DNA of 64,000 nucleotides from positions 1 through 64,000 of the IMG/VR virus record IMGVR_UViG_3300024518_004461; one strand, 5' to 3'. Below, piece after piece: positions 36,701 through 44,720 of this stretch. The translations under genes were made by a program, and so were the position numbers. The stretch comes from a virus. Numbering within the stretch: position 1 is the stretch's first letter; every line of letters starts with the position of its first letter. The notes below the pieces were generated by a model, which worked only from the letters and a program-made list of their open reading frames with translations, ran no database searches and had not been told where the DNA came from.

Positions 36701-39700
36701 GAAAAAAGGAACTTGAGGAAAAAGTTTCATCGAGAATTGATTATCTAAAAGACACCCAGTAGTAGTTTCCAAATTCCATGCTTCCGGTCGGCACTGATCA
36801 GCTAAAGAACCAGTCGCAAGTGATCCGGTTGATGGCGAACAATTTGTGTTTGGAAAAGGAACATGCCTGTGTTTCCAGCCACCAACATATTTTTCAGTAA
36901 ATGGTCCCTGCATTGGGACTTCTTTGTCGCTTCCATATGTATCGTTATGATAATTAACCAAATCAACAAATACCGCATCGGGGCCCATTCGTGGTAATTG
37001 GGAGGCATAGCCACTAGATACAGAAGAACTCATTAAATCAAACGGAGCAAAAATATTTCCATTTCCAGATTTATATCCAATAGGATTATTAGTGAGTTTG
37101 TATCTTAGCTTTACTTTATCATTTGGTTCAACAACATCGTTACAATCAATATTCCCCTCTACCTGAGAGGAACTAATAGTAAGTTTTGTAGACGCTCCAA
37201 ACGGGAGTTCTGTGTGAGCATACTGAAGATTTTTTATTCTTGCTACATTTGTTCCGCCTTTAAGTTCGGGCATCTCTTTTGTCTTTAAAAGATATGTCTT
37301 GGTGAAATTTCTTATAGCATACGCTGATCCCTGATACTGTGTTGGTGTTCCCGAAGATATATCAGTAAGAGTAGGAGGAGAACCGTTTCTAAAATCGTCA
37401 GCCAAGCGATAGATGTTTCTTCCCGCATCAACTTCAGCATCACCCGAAGGAAAAACAGATGCAGAGGCTCGGTTGTTTGCCCAGTAACAATTATCATCTT
37501 GCGCTAAAGGTATTGGAGCGTGACCGCGTTTCCAAGGATAAGTGCCCTCCACAATACCTCTCGCTCCGGCTTCTGGGTCATTGAGCTTCATTTCCAAAGT
37601 AGGAAACTTAGACCAATATTTGTTGCGCTCAAGGACATGGCTCTCGATCATTGTTCTGACTTTTTCTGCGAAGTTTGCGGAAGCAGGAACAAGTTGCATC
37701 AGCATTTGAGACAATGAATCATCGACCCACTTAAAGAAGTCCACAAATCTTTCAAAGTCAATAGTGTTGCCTACGCTTCTAAAATATACCTCTCTAAGTT
37801 TTGCAAGAGGTTTATATTCCTGACGATAACGATTTACTGGATCACCAATCAAGAAATTGAAGTCTTTGATTGTCGCAAACCATTTCATCATCTCCTCGGA
37901 AATGATTGCGGATTGACTTTTTTCTATAGCATAGAAATAATTTTGTGGTCTTGTTTCCCGCGTGAATAATTCGTCATCTTGAGTTCTTACTTCCACCATG
38001 TTGGAGCTATTAAGAATTTCTGGTGCTAATTGTTTTGCGCTATAAACATATTCTCTGTTTACTGCGTTGGTGTCAAATGGTAAGAAGAAATCTCCCTTAC
38101 CAGAATGTAAGAAATTGACAACTGGTCCGAGCCAGCCATATTCTGAAGTTGTGGCAGTAGAGCCCGAAGATAAGTCAGGGACAAAGAAATTTGCATCGGA
38201 TAACGTGGGACTACCTGTAGAACTGTCGCTAGATCCTGTAACAGTATCAAATGTCCAAGAAAGTGAAAGCGTTTTGGCTTGGGGTGCTTCTATCTGCTGA
38301 AAAAAGTCGGCTGTATTCTTTACCAAATAAGCACTCTTATGAGGCTCCAAAGGACCAAACGCTGATGCATCTTTTGAGTGTGCTTCGATGGCTTCATTAG
38401 GTAAGTCATCAATCCAGTATCGCACCGAAGAAATTTTGGCATCCGATAGATCGATAGACGATCCTGTAAAATTAGTTCTGTGTGACCCGGCATAAACGCG
38501 AGTAGAACTTGATAAAAATGCGGAAGCACTTGCTAAAGAAATAGATGCGGTAAGATAAAAATTATTTTCTACATTGTCGCCTAAAGAATTATATCCTACA
38601 AATTCAACACTCGCACTACCGGCTTCGCTTCCCGAAAGTCCAGGGATATAATAATTATCAGGCTTGATCCTAACTGCTAAATTCCATTTAGTATTTGCAT
38701 AAACATCCGTATACACACTACTCGTAATAAGTGGAATGACGCCACCCGCACTGCTCGTTAGTTTAAAATAAACATCATCACTTTCTATTTCTGTCCTTAC
38801 CGCATAAACTTGAAAGTTGGACCAATCGTTAGTTGCCCATGTGAGATCGGTTTGATCGGCAGACGTAGGTGTATGGGCACCAAACAAAGAACAAGAAATG
38901 AACGGAGTTCGAAAATACAACTCTGAATCTTGTTTAAACTTCTTGGGAAAGATTGCTTCGGCTTGCATCGTTTTCGGAATAAACTGCATATCCGAGGAAG
39001 CCGTAATAAAATTTCGTGTATTTGTATCTGTGCTGGAAGTTTGCTGATAAACAGTTGAATCAAATCGGTCAACATTATTAAAATCTACAAAAGATTTTTG
39101 TGCAGTAGTGTTCCGACTATTTGTTCGAAGTTCCTGTGTTGTTTCATCACCATACAAACTAATCTTCATCAAGGGTTCATCAACACCATAACAGCGCATT
39201 AGATTTCTAAAAGAGTTTTCAGTTCCCTTGGTTTTAAAAACATGAACGAGATTATTGTAAATGTTTTCATAAATGCGGTTCTTGGTGTCATTTAGTTTTT
39301 TAGAAAAATCCAAAAAGTCATCGCGTGAAGCATAATATTCCAGTGCAGAAGCATCGGCAAATATTTCAGGAGTATATAACCCAACGCCCGACAAGAAGCG
39401 ATTTATAAAGGGAGCAATCTTTTGTGAGCCAGTAGTATACTGAACATTTTTTACTTTAGGTAACGACTCAATTTGAAGCTGGACATCATCAAAATAACTA
39501 CCAATAATTTGAGTAAGATTTTTTAAAGTTCCTCCTCTAATTTCCTGTGAATCCCCTGTGATGTATTCTGGTATGGAAGTATAGATTCCTGAATTGTTCC
39601 TTACATCATAATCATAACCAATATTTTTCTTCGTAGTTCTAAAAACCGACACAAGTGGATTTGATGGATAAATAATAGGATCTTTGAATTCTGAAAGTGC

Positions 39701-40981
39701 AGCCTTGGATATGACCATCGCTGATCCTGTATTTCTGGAACCAAGATCATAACCCGTCCAAGAGCCATTAGTAATACGACCAGAATAATCGAGGACATTT
39801 GTATCTAGAGTAGCAATAGCGGTGGTATCCACAATGCCCTCATTAAATTTATAGTAGACACCCAAGTCAACATTTGATAAGTCTGTATTAGATCCAGCGT
39901 TTACTTGAGTAAACCAATACCTACCAACTTCGGTTTCTGTTCGGGAAGATTTCCAAAATCTAAACTCATCCATTGAGCCAGATAATTTAGCATATCCTAA
40001 AGCTCCTGTCACTGGGCTATTGATGCTTGTGCCCATGGCACCGATCCAACCCAGCATAGAGCCAGTAATCTTATTTATAATACTTCCAGTGGTTATAGTA
40101 TCGTTCAGATCTCCATTGACATAAAGTTTGGCTTCTAGATCAGAGCCTACATTTGCAAACGTAAGTGCATAATGATTCCAAGTGGAACCAGTAAGATTAA
40201 TACTTTGACCGATCTTTCCAAGATCAGAGTCTAGGAAACCGTTGGTAGTACCTGATTGAAACGCTACAGAAAATTGATGCGGAGTAATTCCAAAATCACA
40301 CTCCACACGAAAACGACCATAAGTATTGCCGATAGAAGCACTGTTCCAAACATCAACAAAAATTTGTTTTTCGGATTCAACTGGATCGCCGGCCCAGCCG
40401 TTTTTCTTAAACCAAAACTCAACGGAGTTTCCTACAGGGGCGTTTAATTCTAAATTGGATTCGCGGACATCATCTTTATAATAGTTGGAGCCAGTAAATG
40501 TCTGGGACAGAGGTTTCCCGATCATTCCGGCTGAAGCTGTATGTGGGCCGCCCTTAAAATATATGTACTCATCGACGGTAGGGGCTTCATATCCACTTAC
40601 GCCACCACCTCCTACACCACCATAGTTTATGCCAAGATTTATAAATCCATGAGTCCTAGGATACTCATTTTCAAATAGATAATTATCAAAGTACGATGAA
40701 CTCAAATACCAATTAGCTTTTTCTTTTCCAGATCCATCATACGGATATCTATTGATGATGTAATCTATTGTGTCGGTATAATATTTTTCTGCTGAACCAT
40801 AACGAGCAAATGATTTAGGAATGGAATAATCTACATAAGGTTCAAAACGAAGTTTTTCTTCATCAGTGCTTTGGATATATCCAGCAGATTCTACACCAGA
40901 TCCCGTGACTAGATTACCTAGGCTTTTACCGGGCAGAACTTTAATGTTATTTTTTCCAAATAGATCTTTGATATTGGACAT
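30716..40981 (-). CDS. giant baseplate wedge protein (gp7-like) with LamG/concanavalin-like domains
   Basis: 3421 aa; FKTKGTENSFRNLMRCYG (gp7/gpI-like KGT motif); LamG motifs SVEFWFK..WNHYALT..LYVNG..MDEFRFW and WSVAMWFK..DGKWHLV..VDEVSLWD. Confidence 0.75.
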   Translation of the reverse strand: MSNIKDLFGKNNIKVLPGKSLGNLVTGSGVESAGYIQSTDEEKLRFEPYVDYSIPKSFARYGSAEKYYTDTIDYIINRYPYDGSGKEKANWYLSSSYFDNYLFENEYPRTHGFINLGINYGGVGGGGVSGYEAPTVDEYIYFKGGPHTASAGMIGKPLSQTFTGSNYYKDDVRESNLELNAPVGNSVEFWFKKNGWAGDPVESEKQIFVDVWNSASIGNTYGRFRVECDFGITPHQFSVAFQSGTTNGFLDSDLGKIGQSINLTGSTWNHYALTFANVGSDLEAKLYVNGDLNDTITTGSIINKITGSMLGWIGAMGTSINSPVTGALGYAKLSGSMDEFRFWKSSRTETEVGRYWFTQVNAGSNTDLSNVDLGVYYKFNEGIVDTTAIATLDTNVLDYSGRITNGSWTGYDLGSRNTGSAMVISKAALSEFKDPIIYPSNPLVSVFRTTKKNIGYDYDVRNNSGIYTSIPEYITGDSQEIRGGTLKNLTQIIGSYFDDVQLQIESLPKVKNVQYTTGSQKIAPFINRFLSGVGLYTPEIFADASALEYYASRDDFLDFSKKLNDTKNRIYENIYNNLVHVFKTKGTENSFRNLMRCYGVDEPLMKISLYGDETTQELRTNSRNTTAQKSFVDFNNVDRFDSTVYQQTSSTDTNTRNFITASSDMQFIPKTMQAEAIFPKKFKQDSELYFRTPFISCSLFGAHTPTSADQTDLTWATNDWSNFQVYAVRTEIESDDVYFKLTSSAGGVIPLITSSVYTDVYANTKWNLAVRIKPDNYYIPGLSGSEAGSASVEFVGYNSLGDNVENNFYLTASISLASASAFLSSSTRVYAGSHRTNFTGSSIDLSDAKISSVRYWIDDLPNEAIEAHSKDASAFGPLEPHKSAYLVKNTADFFQQIEAPQAKTLSLSWTFDTVTGSSDSSTGSPTLSDANFFVPDLSSGSTATTSEYGWLGPVVNFLHSGKGDFFLPFDTNAVNREYVYSAKQLAPEILNSSNMVEVRTQDDELFTRETRPQNYFYAIEKSQSAIISEEMMKWFATIKDFNFLIGDPVNRYRQEYKPLAKLREVYFRSVGNTIDFERFVDFFKWVDDSLSQMLMQLVPASANFAEKVRTMIESHVLERNKYWSKFPTLEMKLNDPEAGARGIVEGTYPWKRGHAPIPLAQDDNCYWANNRASASVFPSGDAEVDAGRNIYRLADDFRNGSPPTLTDISSGTPTQYQGSAYAIRNFTKTYLLKTKEMPELKGGTNVARIKNLQYAHTELPFGASTKLTISSSQVEGNIDCNDVVEPNDKVKLRYKLTNNPIGYKSGNGNIFAPFDLMSSSVSSGYASQLPRMGPDAVFVDLVNYHNDTYGSDKEVPMQGPFTEKYVGGWKHRHVPFPNTNCSPSTGSLATGSLADQCRPEAWNLETTTGCLLDNQFSMKLFPQVPFFGGLHKAVELPDVSRLSDPSRCFIGNKTGWPSGLDGDWSVAMWFKVEPLPSNYVAQTLMSRTRSTGTPFPEGYDFNVNMYVEALSAATPRAKLEYYSYHEDDGDGSVTSVETSFELIENSIADGKWHLVCFGMNDGGIFLDLDNGAEHETALLAGPKLGTDVGDCKVGIGAYWSSISWTNTGGVENTYVDEVSLWDNAISFVDINEIWNGGGPGCLDKHDDYDDVISWYRMGDAPGDDCTDGGPIIDVATGPEAIYNNGICANTDGTQFTSDIPPVGFMPNITLSSRTAHQARSTILREPLAKRPINIRNIKQTTGSTIIGNYSHQYEVLQTSGRKINNRFFVKNGGFVPEYSTSSWVSGLVEYALPDFSKYGATKNIFVERFNAPGGPDVSSRGVLDLYAEEYAVRNDLNQRNMVVRGPLNEWSTEHCGPYGTDFQDSVSALNYNVSASYHKVNRNRSVKYNLICWGCFTEPTCWTVLPPVFSFSTSTTISKDCADPSDAWDDSYSAGDVGVAGKEGIQFQYEPPKPTPNIGQSAIGLIEGNIATTGYTDIKYGMIRNTPAFAGDTNIGIRIIIDGVIIGSYYPEILGATYSIMRFGSLVYFMVDNTVFYFVDDEYLGSTLYPKFNIYSSYSIIHGFKQFSVADTFDNWFVQHSIPQSDLQYAWISDSYHKSFPQPPNHVGSPNCGRNNFSVPSGSSESMAAETIQFVTASATIAGGIYVDFVGMNTLVYDPMFTASNLLSSSNGSYLNTSIATIASYDQLNSLNLHRNGPYQYPSWKQIRTGETPVARYQKNNNIISFKKEEDIYGSNEVTPANAGLTRDTLIHFTEPPVTFRYKPVGTTLILSGSPDPLTLNSVYGNNMGGFPNPDINNFLGTSIKCEEQMYDRIKGMYHNAPSDSPVQEMLSVDYSEIVYPREIHAGLKEYRQRTEYAEVADGTNIYSGGKVIFVSASLSNGSNGIDRGPLYRRTFWRTDPVFRNRRSSLSYYDVSTDFKFIPDITGVLPNSQGYRSGFATSVNGWGTHPMVFVTGTIGVPLPRSRTATYSGSFEGLDLLTTYSDCGELNSANFQTIAGYLGTADQSSLLTATPIKLAVNSSLYPTASCYYYHQHSVVYPGTFGTSSLGMKWRVAELSGKNPWFDTYEDYVQDIRGTGKSFTIIPEFRISQHMDYYADGLFRKQNDQFLTLDGATITSSAVAPSPTSSNISRGFDKQFFSEYSNTDFQKYFGKFDADNQVNEITLKCNGIKKLLPYHGFYPSHRTLQVASLFSQSIAPYIGGIAWASGTTTEATTYPSGALAVQSLLQPYYAPGILYNTIKAGIACDWAAYTGSAHAGGTSGNNNPYLNLVSNYRIPFESILEPLADVGIPVSSSDGEGKLNLIYPSYRWLGGTSWAAHALGDARAPYIDLEDIQRARAISSTKYNQYRLAINNLLAEIPSFFLKDNKLKTIVSKPAGEVSLVSGTTYYMNVYLEKDPNIVMMQDYWNGLRGNAGGYEPNPDPLTDDTEYRSWNGRFFGPPVQAGAFGPGGGLGGTGWGNAATRMGDPAYAPYTPPYFYGKSVSTIAYTADESDEDNGFNYKKVFEKATVTQTNPTMKNMFEVIRAGQTSPATNSAIALSGAMGLSSSLNLFGFFPEPQTAGDDAGNLISATNNQNPGLNKWVISPRMETPVLDFSTQPEQKGWGRGMWSGYGNILTSSNGITFGIEETYKGGSILQSAATGSLLQKCFTNPEEKQVGEIASQKEISEAIVAIPFSVRGFSKESRHPETTVMMNKNFFRIDQDVFDANRQHYLASKNKIFSADPLLGQSVTKMLKMMDKYIIPPELDSLNFPEGNLKVDPFVMYMFEFNHSLSQQDLADIWQGVMPDISRIAQLSDTTVDDNVFTHPTGPNEFFGGKAIPEDIRWMVFKVKKRASFNYYKMTADTSDDDKFSFDFNVGGKDLPYSYNWPYDFCSLIELAEIEVKDQFIERTPIIEIPGIEDVGVTRILDHLKDVSSGEEEE

Positions 40982-40984
40982 AAT

Positions 40985-42481
40985 TTATTCCACTCTAAAT
41001 GTAAAAGTCTCTGATTGTTCTTCGTATACTTGATTGAGGAAATATGCAAACTTAATTCCATATTCATACCCCGACTCTAGTAGTGAAACGTCTAAGTCAA
41101 AATAACTACCAGATTGATCATAAGATAGGCGAGTAGAATCATATGAGCCAGTTCCAAAATCAATAACAACTTTTGAATCCACAACTCTAAAAATTTTGTA
41201 ATATGCATCGTCTACAACTTTTAATTGTATCGGTGCTGCTGCACGAGTATAAATGGTATCATCCCAATTCTTTTCGCGTGTAAAGACCCTGAACCTATTG
41301 TTATCATCGCGACAATATTCAGATTTTATATTTACTATCGAAGTAACATATTTGGGTATGTAAAATATTTGCGATGGTTTAAGTGTTTTTGGATTGTAAC
41401 TACCAGTATAATAGCAAATTGTTTCACCAGCATTAGACCACCGATCAAATACAACCTCCTCCGTAGTCCTAAGAGCAAAGGATGCAGTATAAATGCCAGT
41501 CTCTACCCACCCGCCTGTGATTGGGTTATCCGGGGCGGCGGAGATTTGTGCTCCTGTGGATGCAGATATATAATTTCTTACATAAATTGGTCCTGTTCCA
41601 ATTCCATTAAGATTGGTGGGTTGACCATTATAATAATTATACAAGTATAGGGTCATTAAATTGTCTGCTCCGCTCAATACAGAACTAGAGACAAAGAACT
41701 TTCCACGGTCATCTTTGCGCGTGTTGTCCCATCGTGCTTCTATTATTGGGCGGCTGAAGAAATATTCACTTCCCCGTGCTGAAAAGAATTTTGAATAATA
41801 AGATCTAGAACCATCACCACTTTGACAAAGCTCTTGACTACAAGTAAGAAAAACTCCTAAACCATAATTTTCATATCCATTTCCCACTGTACCAGTGATC
41901 CATTTTTCTACAAGTTTGGTAATATCAACTTCTAGATCTTCTGTTCCTATTCTAAAAGTTTGTTTATAGTTTACAGCAGAATATTGTGATGCCGTCAAGT
42001 ATGAACCACCCTCTATGGAAGTTCCAAGAATGTCTTTCCAAGTAGTGTGAGCCTGCGCATTTATCCAGTTAGATCCAGTGCCGCCATAAGTTTCATCTGA
42101 ATAGTTGGACAAGTCAACCCCGTATCCTTCTTCCCATGACTGAGAGACAGGAGAGACTACCAAAGTAAAATCACGAGGAACTGTGGTGGTACTAACAACG
42201 TTCGCAAGTTTTAAATAAAATCCCACGCTACCTGACGCGGGTATTTTGCCAGCAGTACGATCTGATAGAATTGTTGTACCCGGATCACTAGAAGATACGG
42301 GAAATTGTATCAAGACCCTAGCAGCCTCTAATGAAAAACTATTCGCTTGGGCATAGATGGAGAAAATCTCCATTGAATCTGCAAGGCCCATATTGGAACC
42401 TGTGGCACGAGTTTCAAGATTTGCTTTATAAGCATTAGTGATTGTATTGTCTTTATATGCGGTGTATCGTTTAATGCCCAT
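40985..42481 (-). CDS. DNRLRE-domain-like virion protein
   Basis: KDNTI..ARVLIQF..VSQSWEEG..DITKLVEKW..NYGLG..FSAR..RPIIEARW. Confidence 0.65.
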   Translation of the reverse strand: MGIKRYTAYKDNTITNAYKANLETRATGSNMGLADSMEIFSIYAQANSFSLEAARVLIQFPVSSSDPGTTILSDRTAGKIPASGSVGFYLKLANVVSTTTVPRDFTLVVSPVSQSWEEGYGVDLSNYSDETYGGTGSNWINAQAHTTWKDILGTSIEGGSYLTASQYSAVNYKQTFRIGTEDLEVDITKLVEKWITGTVGNGYENYGLGVFLTCSQELCQSGDGSRSYYSKFFSARGSEYFFSRPIIEARWDNTRKDDRGKFFVSSSVLSGADNLMTLYLYNYYNGQPTNLNGIGTGPIYVRNYISASTGAQISAAPDNPITGGWVETGIYTASFALRTTEEVVFDRWSNAGETICYYTGSYNPKTLKPSQIFYIPKYVTSIVNIKSEYCRDDNNRFRVFTREKNWDDTIYTRAAAPIQLKVVDDAYYKIFRVVDSKVVIDFGTGSYDSTRLSYDQSGSYFDLDVSLLESGYEYGIKFAYFLNQVYEEQSETFTFRVE

Positions 42482-42490
42482 TATGAATAC

Positions 42491-44293
42491 CTACTTGATC
42501 GCTCCTTTGATGTCTTGTGCTGGAATCTTTAATTCTAGAATTGCGTTAGTTGGGACTTCGATGTATCTTTCATCCGGTGATGTTTGCCCCTCTATATCAA
42601 AATAAGTATCCGAATAGGACGCTCCTGTTTTTTGAGAAACTTTCACACTCAACACATCTACTAATCCCGGAACTTGTTGCAAAGTTTTATAAATTTCTGT
42701 TATATAAAATGGTTCGCCAATTTCCATTTTCTGTGTTCCAAAGCGATCTCGCAGTGCTTGGGTAGCACGATCTAAAACCAAAAACCTGTTAGTCTCCACT
42801 TCGCCCTTCGCCACAAAGTCTATTCCAATATTAACAATCTTTGCATCTAAAATATCTACCGTGTCGTTTATCATTCTACTTTGATTGATCCAATTTTTTA
42901 AATTATTTTTTATAGAAGAGTTTGCAGTTATTAGATTTCCGTTTATGTCTTCAGAAATTATATACATATTCAAATTTCTCTTGAATGAATCAGGATCTTG
43001 CATTATGCTTACTCTTTTTATTGCTCCGAAATTTGGTGGCATTGAATATGCGATGCTTTTATAGTCTTGGGCTGTAACTGCTCTATTTTGAGAAGCAAAC
43101 GTATCATACATTCTAATCTTTAGATCTTCTGTCGTGGGTATCGTGATGTCTCCAATAATTGGTTCGTCATTATTTATTTCTATAGAATTACGAACATCTG
43201 AAACTAACGCTGAATTTAAGTTTACTACATCCTCAAAGTCTAGGATAGCATTATCAACTTGCGTCAAGGTGTCTGACGTAGCATTGACGTTTCCAATTTG
43301 ATTGGTTCTCAGAATAATACTTAGACTGGTATTAGATGGAGAAACTCCCAACTTATCCGTTCCTAACATATTGGTAGGATCAAATGATGGCTGAGTAATG
43401 TAATCTCTCCCATGTACGTTCAAGATAACTGTACTAGGATCAATATAGGGATCGCTTAAGGTATTAGTGTCCGAACCAGCACCAAATTGTATAAAAGTGG
43501 TGTTAGCGTCTCGCTCGACAATAAAGCGACGAGGAACCGCAAAGGGCTTCAAGAGAGATGGCGTTGTTGCTTTGTTCGCTCCACGGTTTGTGACTGCCTT
43601 AAAAATTACATCTTGCGATAAATAATCTACACCATAAAATTCATTACCTTCTTGGTCAATGATAGAAATAACTTCAGAAACGTCCGGGGTGTCTAGTTGT
43701 AATCTCAAAAATCTTTGGAATGTTCCAATCTCTATTATTTCTTGCGTTCTTCGTCCCGATATCACTTGACCAAAAGACTTGATGGCATAGTGTGTTGGTG
43801 TTCCCGTAGTTTGATCAACGCGAGCGACCACAACATTTAATAGGGGGTCGGTAAAACTCACATCCTGATTTAATAGAAAACCATTTCCATTTTGAGAAGT
43901 GAAAGAACTATTCCTCTTGAGTATGGGAATATACCTTTGGTCCGGTCCAAGGCCCGAGGCATTCGCAGGAACTACTACATAAAAAGTTGCTATACCATAT
44001 GAAGTTGGGTTGCCCTTAAGTTGAAACCCCATTTGCTTTCCCAACTTTAAAACATTGTTATATTCTACCGCAGTATCTACAAAAGACTCGTTAACATTGT
44101 AGTCGAGGTAAAAAGATAAAATATCCCCAACATATGAAACAGTGTCTAGCATAAGAGCACCGAAACCCGCTTCATTAAAATCTTTGAAAGTATTGGGATA
44201 GTATCTTCTGGCATAATCAACCAAGTCTTCCTTAATTGAGTTAAAGTCTCGCGAAGTATATTTTATTGCTGGAAGTGGTTTTTTGTTAGCCAA
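42491..44293 (-). CDS. baseplate wedge subunit (T4 gp6-like)
   Basis: YTSRDFNSIKEDL, DFNEAGFG..LDTVSYVGDILSFYLD, IQFGAG, QNRAVTAQDY. Confidence 0.9.
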   Translation of the reverse strand: MANKKPLPAIKYTSRDFNSIKEDLVDYARRYYPNTFKDFNEAGFGALMLDTVSYVGDILSFYLDYNVNESFVDTAVEYNNVLKLGKQMGFQLKGNPTSYGIATFYVVVPANASGLGPDQRYIPILKRNSSFTSQNGNGFLLNQDVSFTDPLLNVVVARVDQTTGTPTHYAIKSFGQVISGRRTQEIIEIGTFQRFLRLQLDTPDVSEVISIIDQEGNEFYGVDYLSQDVIFKAVTNRGANKATTPSLLKPFAVPRRFIVERDANTTFIQFGAGSDTNTLSDPYIDPSTVILNVHGRDYITQPSFDPTNMLGTDKLGVSPSNTSLSIILRTNQIGNVNATSDTLTQVDNAILDFEDVVNLNSALVSDVRNSIEINNDEPIIGDITIPTTEDLKIRMYDTFASQNRAVTAQDYKSIAYSMPPNFGAIKRVSIMQDPDSFKRNLNMYIISEDINGNLITANSSIKNNLKNWINQSRMINDTVDILDAKIVNIGIDFVAKGEVETNRFLVLDRATQALRDRFGTQKMEIGEPFYITEIYKTLQQVPGLVDVLSVKVSQKTGASYSDTYFDIEGQTSPDERYIEVPTNAILELKIPAQDIKGAIK

Positions 44294-44316
44294 AATAAAT
44301 TTTCCCCCCTAGGATA

Positions 44317-44324
44317 TAATTAGT
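44317..44324 (-). promoter_or_regulatory. putative late promoter variant ACTAATTA
   Basis: Upstream of the AGGGGG RBS and TTG start of gp6. Confidence 0.5.
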
Positions 44325-44709
44325 TAATTGGTAAAGTTATATCTAATCTATCCGTAAAATCTAACGGAGTGATAATATAGGTCATAGACATATACAAAAA
44401 GTTTGCATCTAGTTCTGGGTTATCTCTTTGGGACGCAAATGAAATCCCTTGAATGTTTATCCAAGGAATATAAACTCCAACTTGCTGAGATATTTTTCCT
44501 GCAATATCTGATCTTACTTGCTCTGATTCTAATTCAAACAAATAGGTTCTCAACCCCACCCCAAAATTTGGGTCCATTATTCTTTCTCCTGGGACAGTTA
44601 AAATAAGCCCTACGAGATTTTGTTTAACAGCCTCCTGAAATGTCTGATTTAATTGATACCCGTTTGTGGCATCAAGTGTTAGCGGTAGGCTTGGTGATAT
44701 TCCTGTCAT
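44320..44709 (-). CDS. baseplate wedge subunit (gp25-like)
   Basis: KQNLVGLILTVPGERIMDPNFGVGLRTYLFE. Confidence 0.92.
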   Translation of the reverse strand: MTGISPSLPLTLDATNGYQLNQTFQEAVKQNLVGLILTVPGERIMDPNFGVGLRTYLFELESEQVRSDIAGKISQQVGVYIPWINIQGISFASQRDNPELDANFLYMSMTYIITPLDFTDRLDITLPIN

Positions 44710-44720
44710 TTTTTTTCTCC

